Part shown: positions 26,778 through 36,202 of the stretch, in pieces | Numbering within the stretch: position 1 is the stretch's first letter | Layout: the number at the start of each line of letters is the position of its first letter | Assembly: GCA_041650415.1 (NCBI GenBank) | Contig: JBAZLC010000003.1 | Coordinates: forward strand, 2,033 to 66,032 | Length of the DNA: 64,000 nt | Reading direction: 5' to 3' | DNA from: Minisyncoccota bacterium | GTDB lineage: Bacteria > Patescibacteriota > Minisyncoccia > UBA6257 > UBA9933 | Notes under the pieces: generated by a model | Databases searched by the model: none | Seen by the model: only the letters and a program-made list of their open reading frames with translations | Told to the model about the DNA's origin: nothing | Position numbers and translations under genes: made by a program

Positions 26778-27870
26778 ATTTTTCCAAAAGTTTTTTATAA
26801 GTTTTCAATAATTTTTTGCTTAAAAACTTTATGTCTTCTTTTTCGGCGAGTTTTTGGGCGTTTTTGCTCAAGCGCTCGCGGAGAGATTTATCTTCTATTA
26901 GTATATCAAGATATTTTTTAACTTCGTCGTCGTTTTTGGCTATCAAGCAATTTTCATTGTGAATCAGCCAGCCGCGGTAAGTCGGAAGTTCTTTGACCAA
27001 GATTGGCAAGCCCGTGGCGGCCGCTTCCAATAAAACCATGCCCTGGTTTTCTCCCGATGAAAGGAAAATAAAAATATCAATCGCGTTAAAAGCCGCGCAA
27101 ATATCGCCGCTGGAAACGTACCCCGTGAATTTAACGTTGTTTGGCAAAACTTTAGGCAGACCCTTTGCCATTAATTTGCTGTAAATTTTTCCGAACCAGA
27201 TAAATTGTTGTTCCGGATGAGTTTCCGCTAGTTTGATGAATTTGTCGACGCCTTTTCTCGGTATTACCAATCCGACGCTTCCAATGACCAGTTTTTCGCA
27301 ACCGAATTGTTTTTTGCCCTCTTCCTTTTTTTGGTGGTTTGCATAATAGATGGAGCAATCGACGCCGTTCGATTGGACGAATAATTTTTCGGCGGGCAGA
27401 CCATAATTTTCAATTAAAAGATTTTTCGTGTATTCGCTCGGGCAAAAAATTAAATCAGCCTGGCCGTAGGCATAGGCCAGGTATTTTTTGGCGATTGGGA
27501 AAATCAGTTTGCCGAAGCGGAAAACTTCCGGAATTTCTTCGGCTACAACATGCGCCCAAATAATCACTTTTTTCCCTTGTCGCCGGGCTTTTTTTATAAG
27601 CCATAAAGATTTTAGCCACGGAGTGTTTATTTGTAAGATATCACAGGAGCCGTCCCACTTTTCGGTAAATGGAATATTTAGCGATTTAAGAGTGCGTCTC
27701 TGATTTTCGTAAGAAGCCAATAATCCTGTGCCGATGTTTTTATAAAGAATTCCGCCTAGAAAATAATAATATTCCAGATAAAGGCAGATTTTTACGTTTA
27801 AAGCGGGAATGCCGTTGTTTTGCGCGGTAAGACGGACAAGTTTATTTTTTATTTTTGGCAATTTTTTCAT
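26776..27870 (-). CDS. GT4 glycosyltransferase (glycolipid synthase-like); start uncertain
   Basis: SNGVD, RKG, ENQGMVLLEAAATGLP. Confidence 0.88.
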   Translation of the reverse strand: MKKLPKIKNKLVRLTAQNNGIPALNVKICLYLEYYYFLGGILYKNIGTGLLASYENQRRTLKSLNIPFTEKWDGSCDILQINTPWLKSLWLIKKARRQGKKVIIWAHVVAEEIPEVFRFGKLIFPIAKKYLAYAYGQADLIFCPSEYTKNLLIENYGLPAEKLFVQSNGVDCSIYYANHQKKEEGKKQFGCEKLVIGSVGLVIPRKGVDKFIKLAETHPEQQFIWFGKIYSKLMAKGLPKVLPNNVKFTGYVSSGDICAAFNAIDIFIFLSSGENQGMVLLEAAATGLPILVKELPTYRGWLIHNENCLIAKNDDEVKKYLDILIEDKSLRERLSKNAQKLAEKEDIKFLSKKLLKTYKKLLEK

Positions 27871-29026
27871 AAAAATCGATTAATTTATTCGTAATTTTTT
27901 CGTTGGAATATTCTTCGGCTTTTGCGCGGGATTCTTTACCGAATTTCGCGGCCAAACGGCTGTTGGAAAGAATTTTAAGCGCTTTTTCCGCCATATCTTT
28001 CGGATCATCGGTTTTGGCAAAAAAACCGTTTTTACCGTCTACCATAAGAGAGGGTTCCGACAGTCCTTTTTCTTTAACTACTACCAATGGCAATCCCGTT
28101 GCCATTGCCTCAAGGATCGCGAGAGGCATTACTTCATTTTTGCACGCAGTCATGTAAAGGTCGTTGGCCTGTATAATTTTTACGATATCTCCCTTAAAAG
28201 TATAATTATAAGGTCCGGTAAATATTACTTTTTCTTTCACTCCCAGTTCTTTGGCAAGTTTTTTTAATTTTTCTTCTTCCGGGCCGCCTCCCGCTATTAC
28301 CAATGTCAGGTCGGGCATTTTTTTAAGCATTATGACAAACGCGCGAATTATTTGGTCTATGCTTTTTTCATAACTTACGCGTCCGATGTAGCAAATAGAT
28401 TTTCCTTTGATTCCTAAGCTCTTTTTTATTTTTTCTTTCTCCTTTTTGCTTGAAACGGGGTTAAACGATTCAATATCTATCGAGTTTCGCAAAAGAACAA
28501 CCTCACTTTTCAGCCCGCTTTTTTTTAAATCTTTTAGCATCTCATCCGACGGCGTTATTACGAAATCGCAGCGGTTATAAAATCCGGCAGTCAGTTTCCA
28601 GGAAAGTTTTTTCATCCAATCGTAATCGAGTTTTACATGCTTTAAATAGTGGTCGTAAAAAGTGTGATGCGTGCCTATAAATGGAACTTTTAAAATTTTG
28701 GCGGTGAATAATCCTTCGGTACCAACCAAAAGCGGAGTGTGAACGTGAATAACGTCCGGTTTGAATTTTCTTAGATAGGGCAGTGAAATGCCGAGCGGTA
28801 TGGTAAAGCGTTCGCCCGGATAAACGAGCGCGGGCAAAGAAGGCAACCGGACTATTTTGAAATTATCCGATTGGGTAAAACGCGGGTCGTCACCGAAATT
28901 TTTAGCGACGGTAAATACCATTACTTTATGTCCGAGATCGGCCAGCATTTTGGCCGATTGATAGGCGACTTTGGCGACGCCGTTCGTCTGTGGAGGAAAT
29001 GTATCGCTAAAAATGGCTATTTTCAT
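27842..29026 (-). CDS. GT4 glycosyltransferase (diacylglycerol glucosyltransferase-like)
   Basis: MKIAIFSDTFPPQTNGVA, IHVHTP, THHT, GRVSYEKSID, ILEAMATGLP. Confidence 0.9.
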   Translation of the reverse strand: MKIAIFSDTFPPQTNGVAKVAYQSAKMLADLGHKVMVFTVAKNFGDDPRFTQSDNFKIVRLPSLPALVYPGERFTIPLGISLPYLRKFKPDVIHVHTPLLVGTEGLFTAKILKVPFIGTHHTFYDHYLKHVKLDYDWMKKLSWKLTAGFYNRCDFVITPSDEMLKDLKKSGLKSEVVLLRNSIDIESFNPVSSKKEKEKIKKSLGIKGKSICYIGRVSYEKSIDQIIRAFVIMLKKMPDLTLVIAGGGPEEEKLKKLAKELGVKEKVIFTGPYNYTFKGDIVKIIQANDLYMTACKNEVMPLAILEAMATGLPLVVVKEKGLSEPSLMVDGKNGFFAKTDDPKDMAEKALKILSNSRLAAKFGKESRAKAEEYSNEKITNKLIDFYEKIAKNKK

Positions 29027-29898
29027 ATTAGATTAGTATGTAAAAAATCAAGGATAATTTCAATGGTTTCGTCTTGAGAATCCGTCCCGATGAAATGGCT
29101 CTTGCTTTTTGAGATAATAATTTTAGCTCCTTTGATTGTTTTTGCCATATCCTTAATTTCCGTTTTGGTGACAAAAAAATCTTTTTTACTCCAAACAATA
29201 ACAGTGGGAATTTTTATCTTTTTAATCGATTCGCTGAAGTCAATGTCTGCCATACCCGAAATCATCCAGAAGTTTATTGATAATGGCATTGTCATAAAGC
29301 CGTGCCTTACAGATTCCCAATAACCTTCCGATTTTTTATGCTGGTAATAATAATAATTTTTTCTTTTTTGCCATATTAGCATTGCTGCCGCTAAATTAAC
29401 CAAACCGGCGGCAACGGGACTTAAAAAATCAATTCCCCAGTATCTAAAAGGATTAACATGATTCACGCTTATTAAAATTAGTCCCTTTACGTTTTCGGGG
29501 TGTTTATCAATGTATTCAAGGGCGATTTGTCCGCCGAATGAATAACCCACCAGAACAAAATTATTGATATTTTCCTTTTTGATTATTTTATTTAAATCAT
29601 CGGAAAAAACAGGCATTCGGTAAAGCTCTTTATTTTTTGATTTATCAGAAAATCCGTGTCCTCGTAAATCCGGCGCCAAAACGTTATATTTGCGTTCATG
29701 TAAAAATTTCATTGGCCCCTCCCAGGTTGTGTGGTTTGAAGAAAGGCCGTGGAGCAAAACCACAGTTGGCCTGCCCGGAAACGACATGTCGCAAAAATAA
29801 GCGATTTTTCCTTTGCCGGTTTCTGCCGATTTTTGTTCAAGATGACTATTGTTCATTTTTTTTGTTTTTTTGGCGATAGAAAAATATAAAAATAACAA
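29023..29898 (-). CDS. Alpha/beta hydrolase; real start probably MNNSH near 29856
   Basis: VLLHGLSS, PDLRGHGFS, GYSFGG nucleophile elbow. Confidence 0.88.
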   Translation of the reverse strand: MLFLYFSIAKKTKKMNNSHLEQKSAETGKGKIAYFCDMSFPGRPTVVLLHGLSSNHTTWEGPMKFLHERKYNVLAPDLRGHGFSDKSKNKELYRMPVFSDDLNKIIKKENINNFVLVGYSFGGQIALEYIDKHPENVKGLILISVNHVNPFRYWGIDFLSPVAAGLVNLAAAMLIWQKRKNYYYYQHKKSEGYWESVRHGFMTMPLSINFWMISGMADIDFSESIKKIKIPTVIVWSKKDFFVTKTEIKDMAKTIKGAKIIISKSKSHFIGTDSQDETIEIILDFLHTNLI

Positions 29899-30430
29899 TA
29901 ATGCCGATGCCTAGAGATGTGGCACTAAAAATTCCGAGAGCAGAATTTATATTGTCAATCGCTTCTCCAAAGAAATATCCCAATAAGAGCAAGCCAAAAG
30001 ATTTGGCGAGCGTCGCTATCAGGTTAGCTGAAACAAATTTGTAAAAAGGCATTCTAACCAGGCCGGCGGCAACGAGAAAAATTCCACCAATACCTTGCGC
30101 CATTTTGCCGACAAAGAGAGTTCTTGTTCCGTGTTTTTCAAAATGTTTTTCTATTGGGACGACTTTTTCAATGGGAAAACCGATGTATCTACCCCATCTT
30201 TCCAAGAATTTCTCTCGCCCCCATCTGCCGATGGCATAATAAATTATGTCGCCACCTACGTCACCGAAAATTACTACCAGATAAGTTGTGACAAAATTCA
30301 TGAGTCCAAGCGAGACAATAAAGCCGGCGATAACGGTAATTATCGGGCCTTCAACCACGACGACGGGTAATAAAAGAATGTATTTATACTGAATTAGAAG
30401 CTCTATTATTTGTTCAAGTGAAAAAAACAT
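29846..30430 (-). CDS. DedA/VTT family membrane protein
   Basis: EGP, GDVGGDIIYYAIGRWG, FEKHG, AGLVRMPFYKF. Confidence 0.9.
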   Translation of the reverse strand: MFFSLEQIIELLIQYKYILLLPVVVVEGPIITVIAGFIVSLGLMNFVTTYLVVIFGDVGGDIIYYAIGRWGREKFLERWGRYIGFPIEKVVPIEKHFEKHGTRTLFVGKMAQGIGGIFLVAAGLVRMPFYKFVSANLIATLAKSFGLLLLGYFFGEAIDNINSALGIFSATSLGIGIIVIFIFFYRQKNKKNEQ

Positions 30431-30509
30431 ATGCGTTTATTATAAAACTTTTTGATTAATTATAATAGATATTTTGAATAATTATAAACAAGAAGTATAA
30501 TATGAGTAC

Positions 30510-31430
30510 ATGAGAAACAAAATAATTTTCGGTGCGGTATTTGTTATTGTCGTAATTATAGCGGTAATAACTTTTTTGGGAATTAATAATAAACAGCCGG
30601 GCAACCAGGATAAAGCGGCGGTTTTTAATTGTACCGACGGAAAATCGATAACTGCCGTTTTCCATTTGCCCGATGATAAAAACGTTGACCTTGTTTTAAG
30701 TGATGGAAGAAAATTATCGATTCCGCGCGCGATTTCCGGCTCGGGCGCGAGGTATGCCAACGCGGATGAAAGTTTTGTTTTTTGGAACAAAGGCAACACC
30801 GCTTTTATCACCGAAAACGGGAAAACTACTTATCAAGATTGCGCGACAAATGATTCCGAAAGCAATTCCGCGCAAAATTATTCAACGGCGAAATATATCA
30901 GTGATAAATACGGCTTTGAAATAAGTTTTCCTTCAAATATCGTTCCCGAATATCAATTTAAACAGTATTATCATCTTTCCAATAATTGGCGCGCCGAAGC
31001 GTCTTCCGAGAGCAAAGGAGACGTTTTGTTTTCCATTCCGGTTTTTAGGGTGGACAATGGGGGAGTCGCCACGGGCAAACCCTATCCGCTTTATTTTGAC
31101 GCGGAAGTGAGAATAGGCGCAAGCTCTGACCCGGCAGAAGTCGCCAATTGTTACAAGCCTGACCCGGGCTATGAGAATCAGCAAATAACGGACGTTCAAA
31201 TAAATGGAGTTGATTTCAAGAAATTTGATTTTGGCGGCGCCGGAATGATGCAGTATCTTCAAGGAGTAAGTTATAGAATCGTCCGCGATAATGCTTGTTT
31301 GACAATAGAACAGATTAAAACCGGTTCAAGCTACAGAGACGACTCGATGCTTCCGGGAATTCCGGACGAACAGCTGAATGGCTATTACATAGAAGCGGGG
31401 AATATAATTCAAAGTTTAAAATTTAATTAA
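30510..31430 (+). CDS. Membrane-anchored MliC (lysozyme inhibitor) domain protein with extra C-terminal domain
   Basis: FNCTDGK...RAISGSGARYAN...FWNKGNTAFI..C. Confidence 0.85.
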   Translation: MRNKIIFGAVFVIVVIIAVITFLGINNKQPGNQDKAAVFNCTDGKSITAVFHLPDDKNVDLVLSDGRKLSIPRAISGSGARYANADESFVFWNKGNTAFITENGKTTYQDCATNDSESNSAQNYSTAKYISDKYGFEISFPSNIVPEYQFKQYYHLSNNWRAEASSESKGDVLFSIPVFRVDNGGVATGKPYPLYFDAEVRIGASSDPAEVANCYKPDPGYENQQITDVQINGVDFKKFDFGGAGMMQYLQGVSYRIVRDNACLTIEQIKTGSSYRDDSMLPGIPDEQLNGYYIEAGNIIQSLKFN

Positions 31431-31443
31431 TAAAAATAGGCAA

Positions 31444-31473
31444 ATAAAAAACGCCGGATTTCGGCGTTTTTTA
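31444..31473. terminator. Bidirectional terminator
   Basis: ATAAAAAACGCCG-gattt-CGGCGTTTTTTAT between convergent genes. Confidence 0.85.
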
Positions 31474-31475
31474 TG

Positions 31476-31868
31476 TTATTTTTGGGGCTGAAGATAAGCT
31501 TTTACTTTTTCAACAAACTCGTCTAAAGAAGAGCCTTTTTTGATGAAATCGGTGGCGCCCATGTCTTTTGCGGCTTTAATGTCGGTTTCGGGCATATTGG
31601 GGTCGCTGAAAGCGGTCAAAAAAGCTATTTTTGAATCTTTTAGTTCCGGAATTTTTTTGAGTTCATAAAATAAATCGACTCCGTTCATAATTGGCATTTT
31701 AACGTCAAGCAGAATTAAATCGGGAATTTCTTTTTTGGCAACTTCAAGCCCTTCCACGCCGTTGGTAGCGGAAATAATTTTAAATCCGGCGGAATTCAAT
31801 TTTGTCGTATAAATTTTTATGATTTCCGGTTCGTCGTCAACCATAAGTATTAATGGCGGGTTTTTCAT
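31476..31868 (-). CDS. Single-domain response regulator
   Basis: ILMVDDE, PDLILLDVKMP, LTA, FIKK. Confidence 0.93.
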   Translation of the reverse strand: MKNPPLILMVDDEPEIIKIYTTKLNSAGFKIISATNGVEGLEVAKKEIPDLILLDVKMPIMNGVDLFYELKKIPELKDSKIAFLTAFSDPNMPETDIKAAKDMGATDFIKKGSSLDEFVEKVKAYLQPQK

Positions 31869-31910
31869 ATTTTCGTTTTTTAAGTTAATTATTTTAATGG
31901 GGGAATCAAT

Positions 31911-34061
31911 CTATGCTAATGGCAGACTGATAGTGAAAATACTTCCTTTTTCCGGCTCGCTCTTCTCAAGTTTAATGGAGCCCTTCATGGATTCCATAAG
32001 TAATTTTCCGATATAAAGGCCCATGCCGCTTCCGTATTCTTTACTGTGCATGAATTGGCCGTTAACGGTTTGGAATTTTTGGAAAAGCAAACTTTGGTCT
32101 TCGGGTTTTATTCCCATACCGGTATCGGAAACCGAAAGTTTGACAGAATCTTTTTCTTTTAAGATTTCCACAGTCACTCCGCCTTTTTCGGTGTATTGTA
32201 GCGCGTTAGATACGAGATTGATTATTACTTGTTTTGTTCTTTCCCGGTCGGCGACAACGCGCGTTTCGGCGCGTTCGGGAGGTGAAAATTTAATGAATAA
32301 ATTTTTAAAATCGGCTTGAGGTTTTAATGAATCTGTAACTTCTTTGGCGACTTCGGACAAATCGAAAGAATCGGAACGTAGTTTTATGTGGCCGCTTTCA
32401 ATTATGGCCAAATCCAAAAAATCATTTATTATTCCAAGCAATCTTATACTGCTCTTGTTAATAGATTTTACCATTTCTTTTGAATCTCCGCCAGAATTTG
32501 TGTTGAGCGCGGGCGATTCAAGCAGCAACTCGCTGTTGCCCCGGATGATTGCAAGGGGAGTTCTGAGTTCATGGGCGGCAATGGTAACAAAAGAATTTCT
32601 GGCTTCGTCTAAAAGTTTTTCCTGCGTAATATCTTCGATTAATATGACTATTCCGGCAATTTTGGAAGCGGACATTACGGGCGTAAAAAACAATTTCAAA
32701 AACTTTGAACCGAATCTGACGTCATCGGTCATAACGATTTTTCCGCTTGACGCCGCTTTCTCGTAAAAAGACTTCAAATTTATCGAATTTTTCACTTTAT
32801 TTTCTACTTCCTGAAAAGAGAACGGGTTTTTTTCTCCAAATTCGAATAAATGGCTGACGTATTCGTTTGACAGGAAAAGCTGATAATTGGCATCCAATAA
32901 TATAAATCCTAACGGCAAACTATTAATAGAAGAGAGCAAGCGCGCCTTTTCAAGTTCAAGTTCGCCGTAAGAAGCGCCAAGCCTTTCAGCCATTAAATTA
33001 AGAGTTGTTGCCAATTGGCCTATTTCATTATTTGAAGAAATATCGGCCTTCGCGTTGAGATTTCCCTTGCCGATTTCAACGGCGGTATTGGTTAAAATTT
33101 CAATAGGCTTTGTTATTCTTTTTGAAAGATATGGCGTAATAATAATATTAATGGTAAGTCCTACTAGTGTTAAAAATATCGCCCAAAAAGAAGTATTTAT
33201 TATCGGCGCATAAGCTTCCATTATCGGAACTTCTATTATTACTGCCCAGTCGGGTTGACCGAGTTGTTCCATTGTTGTCACAACATAATCGCCGGAAATT
33301 CCTCTTAAAATTTCCGCCTCTTCAATTATTCTTTCAGTCCCATTTACGAATTCGTTGACTTCTTCAAGGCTATCAGTTAAGTTTTCGCCTTTCAAAATGC
33401 GGCTGGTGTCATTAAATGCTATTAACCTTCCCTTTTTATCTACAACATATACCAAACCTTCGTTGCCGATTTTTATACTATTAACCAAATCCCACATAAA
33501 TTTTAAATTAGTTTCAGCTATCAGCATTTCTTTAGAATCTCCGAAAATATTTTTTATTGGTACGGCAATAGCAATCAACGGTTCGTTAGTAATTTCGTCT
33601 ATATATATTGGGCTAATATATGTATCGCCGGATTTTGTTATAGAAAAAGCCCTTTCTTTTTCTTCGGGGGTAACTAATTCAGGCATTTTTATCTCGGAAA
33701 GTCGGGAAACGGCAGTGAAATTTTCTCTATCGGGATATGCTATTATTAATTGGCGAAATGACTTGTCGGCGCCTAAAAGTTTTTCCAAAAAATCTATCTC
33801 GCCTTTTTCCGACGCATTTACCAAATTTGAAAACTTAGCAGTCGAATTTAATAAATTTATTTTTTCTTGAATGAAATTTTTAACGGCATTTCCTGCGTCT
33901 TCGGCAATAAGACGTTGTTCATTGGTAAGAGATTGCTTTTGTGATTGATAATTAAAAAAAATAGAAAAACTGTTGACGATTAAAAGGATTGCGCCGAATA
34001 GGGACGTAAAAACAACAATTAAAGTAAAAGTTATGCTTCTAAATTTAGTTTTTTTATTCAT
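31911..34061 (-). CDS. Sensor histidine kinase (Cache-like, HAMP, PAS-like, HisKA, HATPase)
   Basis: AHELRTPL, NLVSNA, DTGMGI, GSGMGLY; two TMs; NEIGQLA HAMP. Confidence 0.93.
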   Translation of the reverse strand: MNKKTKFRSITFTLIVVFTSLFGAILLIVNSFSIFFNYQSQKQSLTNEQRLIAEDAGNAVKNFIQEKINLLNSTAKFSNLVNASEKGEIDFLEKLLGADKSFRQLIIAYPDRENFTAVSRLSEIKMPELVTPEEKERAFSITKSGDTYISPIYIDEITNEPLIAIAVPIKNIFGDSKEMLIAETNLKFMWDLVNSIKIGNEGLVYVVDKKGRLIAFNDTSRILKGENLTDSLEEVNEFVNGTERIIEEAEILRGISGDYVVTTMEQLGQPDWAVIIEVPIMEAYAPIINTSFWAIFLTLVGLTINIIITPYLSKRITKPIEILTNTAVEIGKGNLNAKADISSNNEIGQLATTLNLMAERLGASYGELELEKARLLSSINSLPLGFILLDANYQLFLSNEYVSHLFEFGEKNPFSFQEVENKVKNSINLKSFYEKAASSGKIVMTDDVRFGSKFLKLFFTPVMSASKIAGIVILIEDITQEKLLDEARNSFVTIAAHELRTPLAIIRGNSELLLESPALNTNSGGDSKEMVKSINKSSIRLLGIINDFLDLAIIESGHIKLRSDSFDLSEVAKEVTDSLKPQADFKNLFIKFSPPERAETRVVADRERTKQVIINLVSNALQYTEKGGVTVEILKEKDSVKLSVSDTGMGIKPEDQSLLFQKFQTVNGQFMHSKEYGSGMGLYIGKLLMESMKGSIKLEKSEPEKGSIFTISLPLA

Positions 34062-34078
34062 TTGTCTTTCGTCTGTCT

Positions 34079-35080
34079 TTATCGAATTATCTCATCAGCT
34101 TTTTCCAAAAATCCTTCGCTTAAATTTAATCCCATTTCTTGGGCTGTTTTATAGTTTACGCGTAATACGGCTTCCGGAGTTACAATAGGAATAGTTCCCG
34201 GAGAAATTCCTTTAAAAATTTTATCTGCTAAAGGCGCAGCCAGTTTTCCTGTTTCGATATTATCCGAGACATAGCTGAATATTGCGCCATTCTCGGCCTC
34301 AAAAGCAGCGCCTCCGCTAATCGGTATTTTATGTTTAAGAGCAAATTCGCTTATTGTTTTCCAGCCATCGGGCGATTGAGCAATGTCTTCCGGCATTATA
34401 AATATTGCGTCTATTCCGGTATTTTCTAAAGAATCCCTCTTTTGTATTTCAGCTTTTAATTCTTCAACGGTTGTTACGGGAGATTTTACAAGATTAACAT
34501 TTAATTCAAGAGCTAACGGTTCAAGAATTTCAAGAGCAATTTTCGTTGCTGGATAGTTAACATTATAAATTATATACAGGTTTTTTAATTGGGGAACTAT
34601 TTCAAGTAATAACTTAAATTTTTTTGCGGTTAATTCCGGAGCGGGGTAACGCACTCCTGTGATATTTCCACCCGGTTCGCGCGTGTTGTTTACTAAATCT
34701 ACTCCTTCAAGCGTCGCCAACGCGAACACAATAGGTGTTCTAATATCTTTAGTTGCATCTTTTGCTGTTAAAGAGGGTTCTGTGGGCACCGTAAAAATTA
34801 GGTCGACTTTTTCTTCGAGAAATCTTTTAATTGCCGCTTTTTCGCCTTCTGGGTCGGCGTTTAGCCTGACAATATCGTAAATTACGTTTTTGTCCTCAAT
34901 ATAGCCTAAATTTGTCATTTCCTGCTTAAAACCTTCAGCTATATCATAAAATAATTCTATTCCTGATAAAATTCCGATGCGGTAAACTTTTTCCGATTTT
35001 TGTTGAAAGAATATATAGCAAGCTCCGGCTGCCAATAAAACAATTACGATTATTATTTCAATAAATAATCTTTTTTTCAT
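34079..35080 (-). CDS. ABC-type substrate-binding protein (ABC_sub_bind family)
   Basis: GFKQEMTNLGY, PIVFA, PGGNITGV, ADKIFKG..PGTIP. Confidence 0.85.
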   Translation of the reverse strand: MKKRLFIEIIIVIVLLAAGACYIFFQQKSEKVYRIGILSGIELFYDIAEGFKQEMTNLGYIEDKNVIYDIVRLNADPEGEKAAIKRFLEEKVDLIFTVPTEPSLTAKDATKDIRTPIVFALATLEGVDLVNNTREPGGNITGVRYPAPELTAKKFKLLLEIVPQLKNLYIIYNVNYPATKIALEILEPLALELNVNLVKSPVTTVEELKAEIQKRDSLENTGIDAIFIMPEDIAQSPDGWKTISEFALKHKIPISGGAAFEAENGAIFSYVSDNIETGKLAAPLADKIFKGISPGTIPIVTPEAVLRVNYKTAQEMGLNLSEGFLEKADEIIR

Positions 35081-35083
35081 AAT

Positions 35084-36067
35084 TTATTTAAGTTTTAAAT
35101 TGTTGACTACAATTTCGGCGGCGTCAAATTTGTTTTTAATAAAACCGTATTTATAGCTGGCATCTATCACTGGTTGGATATCGTTTTTATTTATGTTGTC
35201 TTTAAAAAGCGGCAGGGCGACTTTACTTGCCAAGTCTTTTGCCAATCTTGTGTTTTTAGAAAGGATATTTGGCAATTCTTCTTTATTATTCGCTATATAT
35301 TTATTTGCTTCGCTAATTGCGTTAATAAATGCCAATTCTTTTTCCAAATTCGTTTCCAGTCATGAATTCTTGGCAAACCAACTTCCAAGCATTAATCTTG
35401 AAGAAATAGCATTAAAAGGGTCGTCGTCCAATACCCGCGCAGTCCCATTAGACAAACTTAGTGTTATATATGGCTCATTCAAAATACCAGCATCTATTGT
35501 CTTGTTTTTTAAATCGGACTCCATTTGCGAATAGGGAACTTCAACAACTTTTATTTTATTATAATTTAAATTATTTTTTTCTACCCAGGCTTTTAGGGCT
35601 AAATCGGCTATATTATTAAAACTATTCACGGCTACAATTTTGCCTTCCAAATCTTCCGGTTTTTTGATGTTTGAATTTACGGCTACCAACAATTTATGGA
35701 TAGTCGCGCTATTAGACGAATCTCTAAAAGCTCCCGGAGCAATAAATTTATAATCTAATCCTTTTTGATGCATGGTAATTATAGATACTATATTTGAAAA
35801 ACCAATGTCCAAATTTCCCGATTCAACCTCTGGAATGATTGTCTCACCGCTTGGCATTGAAATAAGTTCTATTTTTAAGCCTTGTTTTTCAAAAAATCCT
35901 TCATTCTTAGCCACAAGCAATTGCAGGCAATCTATAATTTCTATGTATCCGATTCTTATTTTCCCAACTTGTTTTGTTTTTGTTATTTCCTTAGTTAGCA
36001 AAAAATACCCTCCCGCCCCCGCCAATATGATAGCGGTAATTATTCCCACTAATATTTTTTTATTCAT
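35084..36067 (-). pseudogene. SsuA/THI5-like substrate-binding protein interrupted by one in-frame TGA
   Basis: ...GCC AAG AAT TCA TGA CTG GAA ACG AAT TTG...: ORFs 35360-36067 and 35084-35347 share one frame; EGFFEKQGL, DLEGK.VAV, EPY motifs. Confidence 0.85.
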
Positions 36068-36202
36068 AAAAAATAAATAGTTAATTCTTCAATATATAGT
36101 CATTATAGGCTTTTCTTGGGGCTTGTAATAGTGGATAAATAGATGTATTCTTTATTTAGTTTCAACGAAACGCCCTCACGGGCATTTTTAGTGTAAAAAG
36201 AC

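Noticed and set aside
35360-35362. UGA recoding (genetic code 25 or 4)
   Set aside because: Only one in-frame TGA was found. TGA terminates real genes, often as ATGA overlaps, and conserved genes are full length under code 11.
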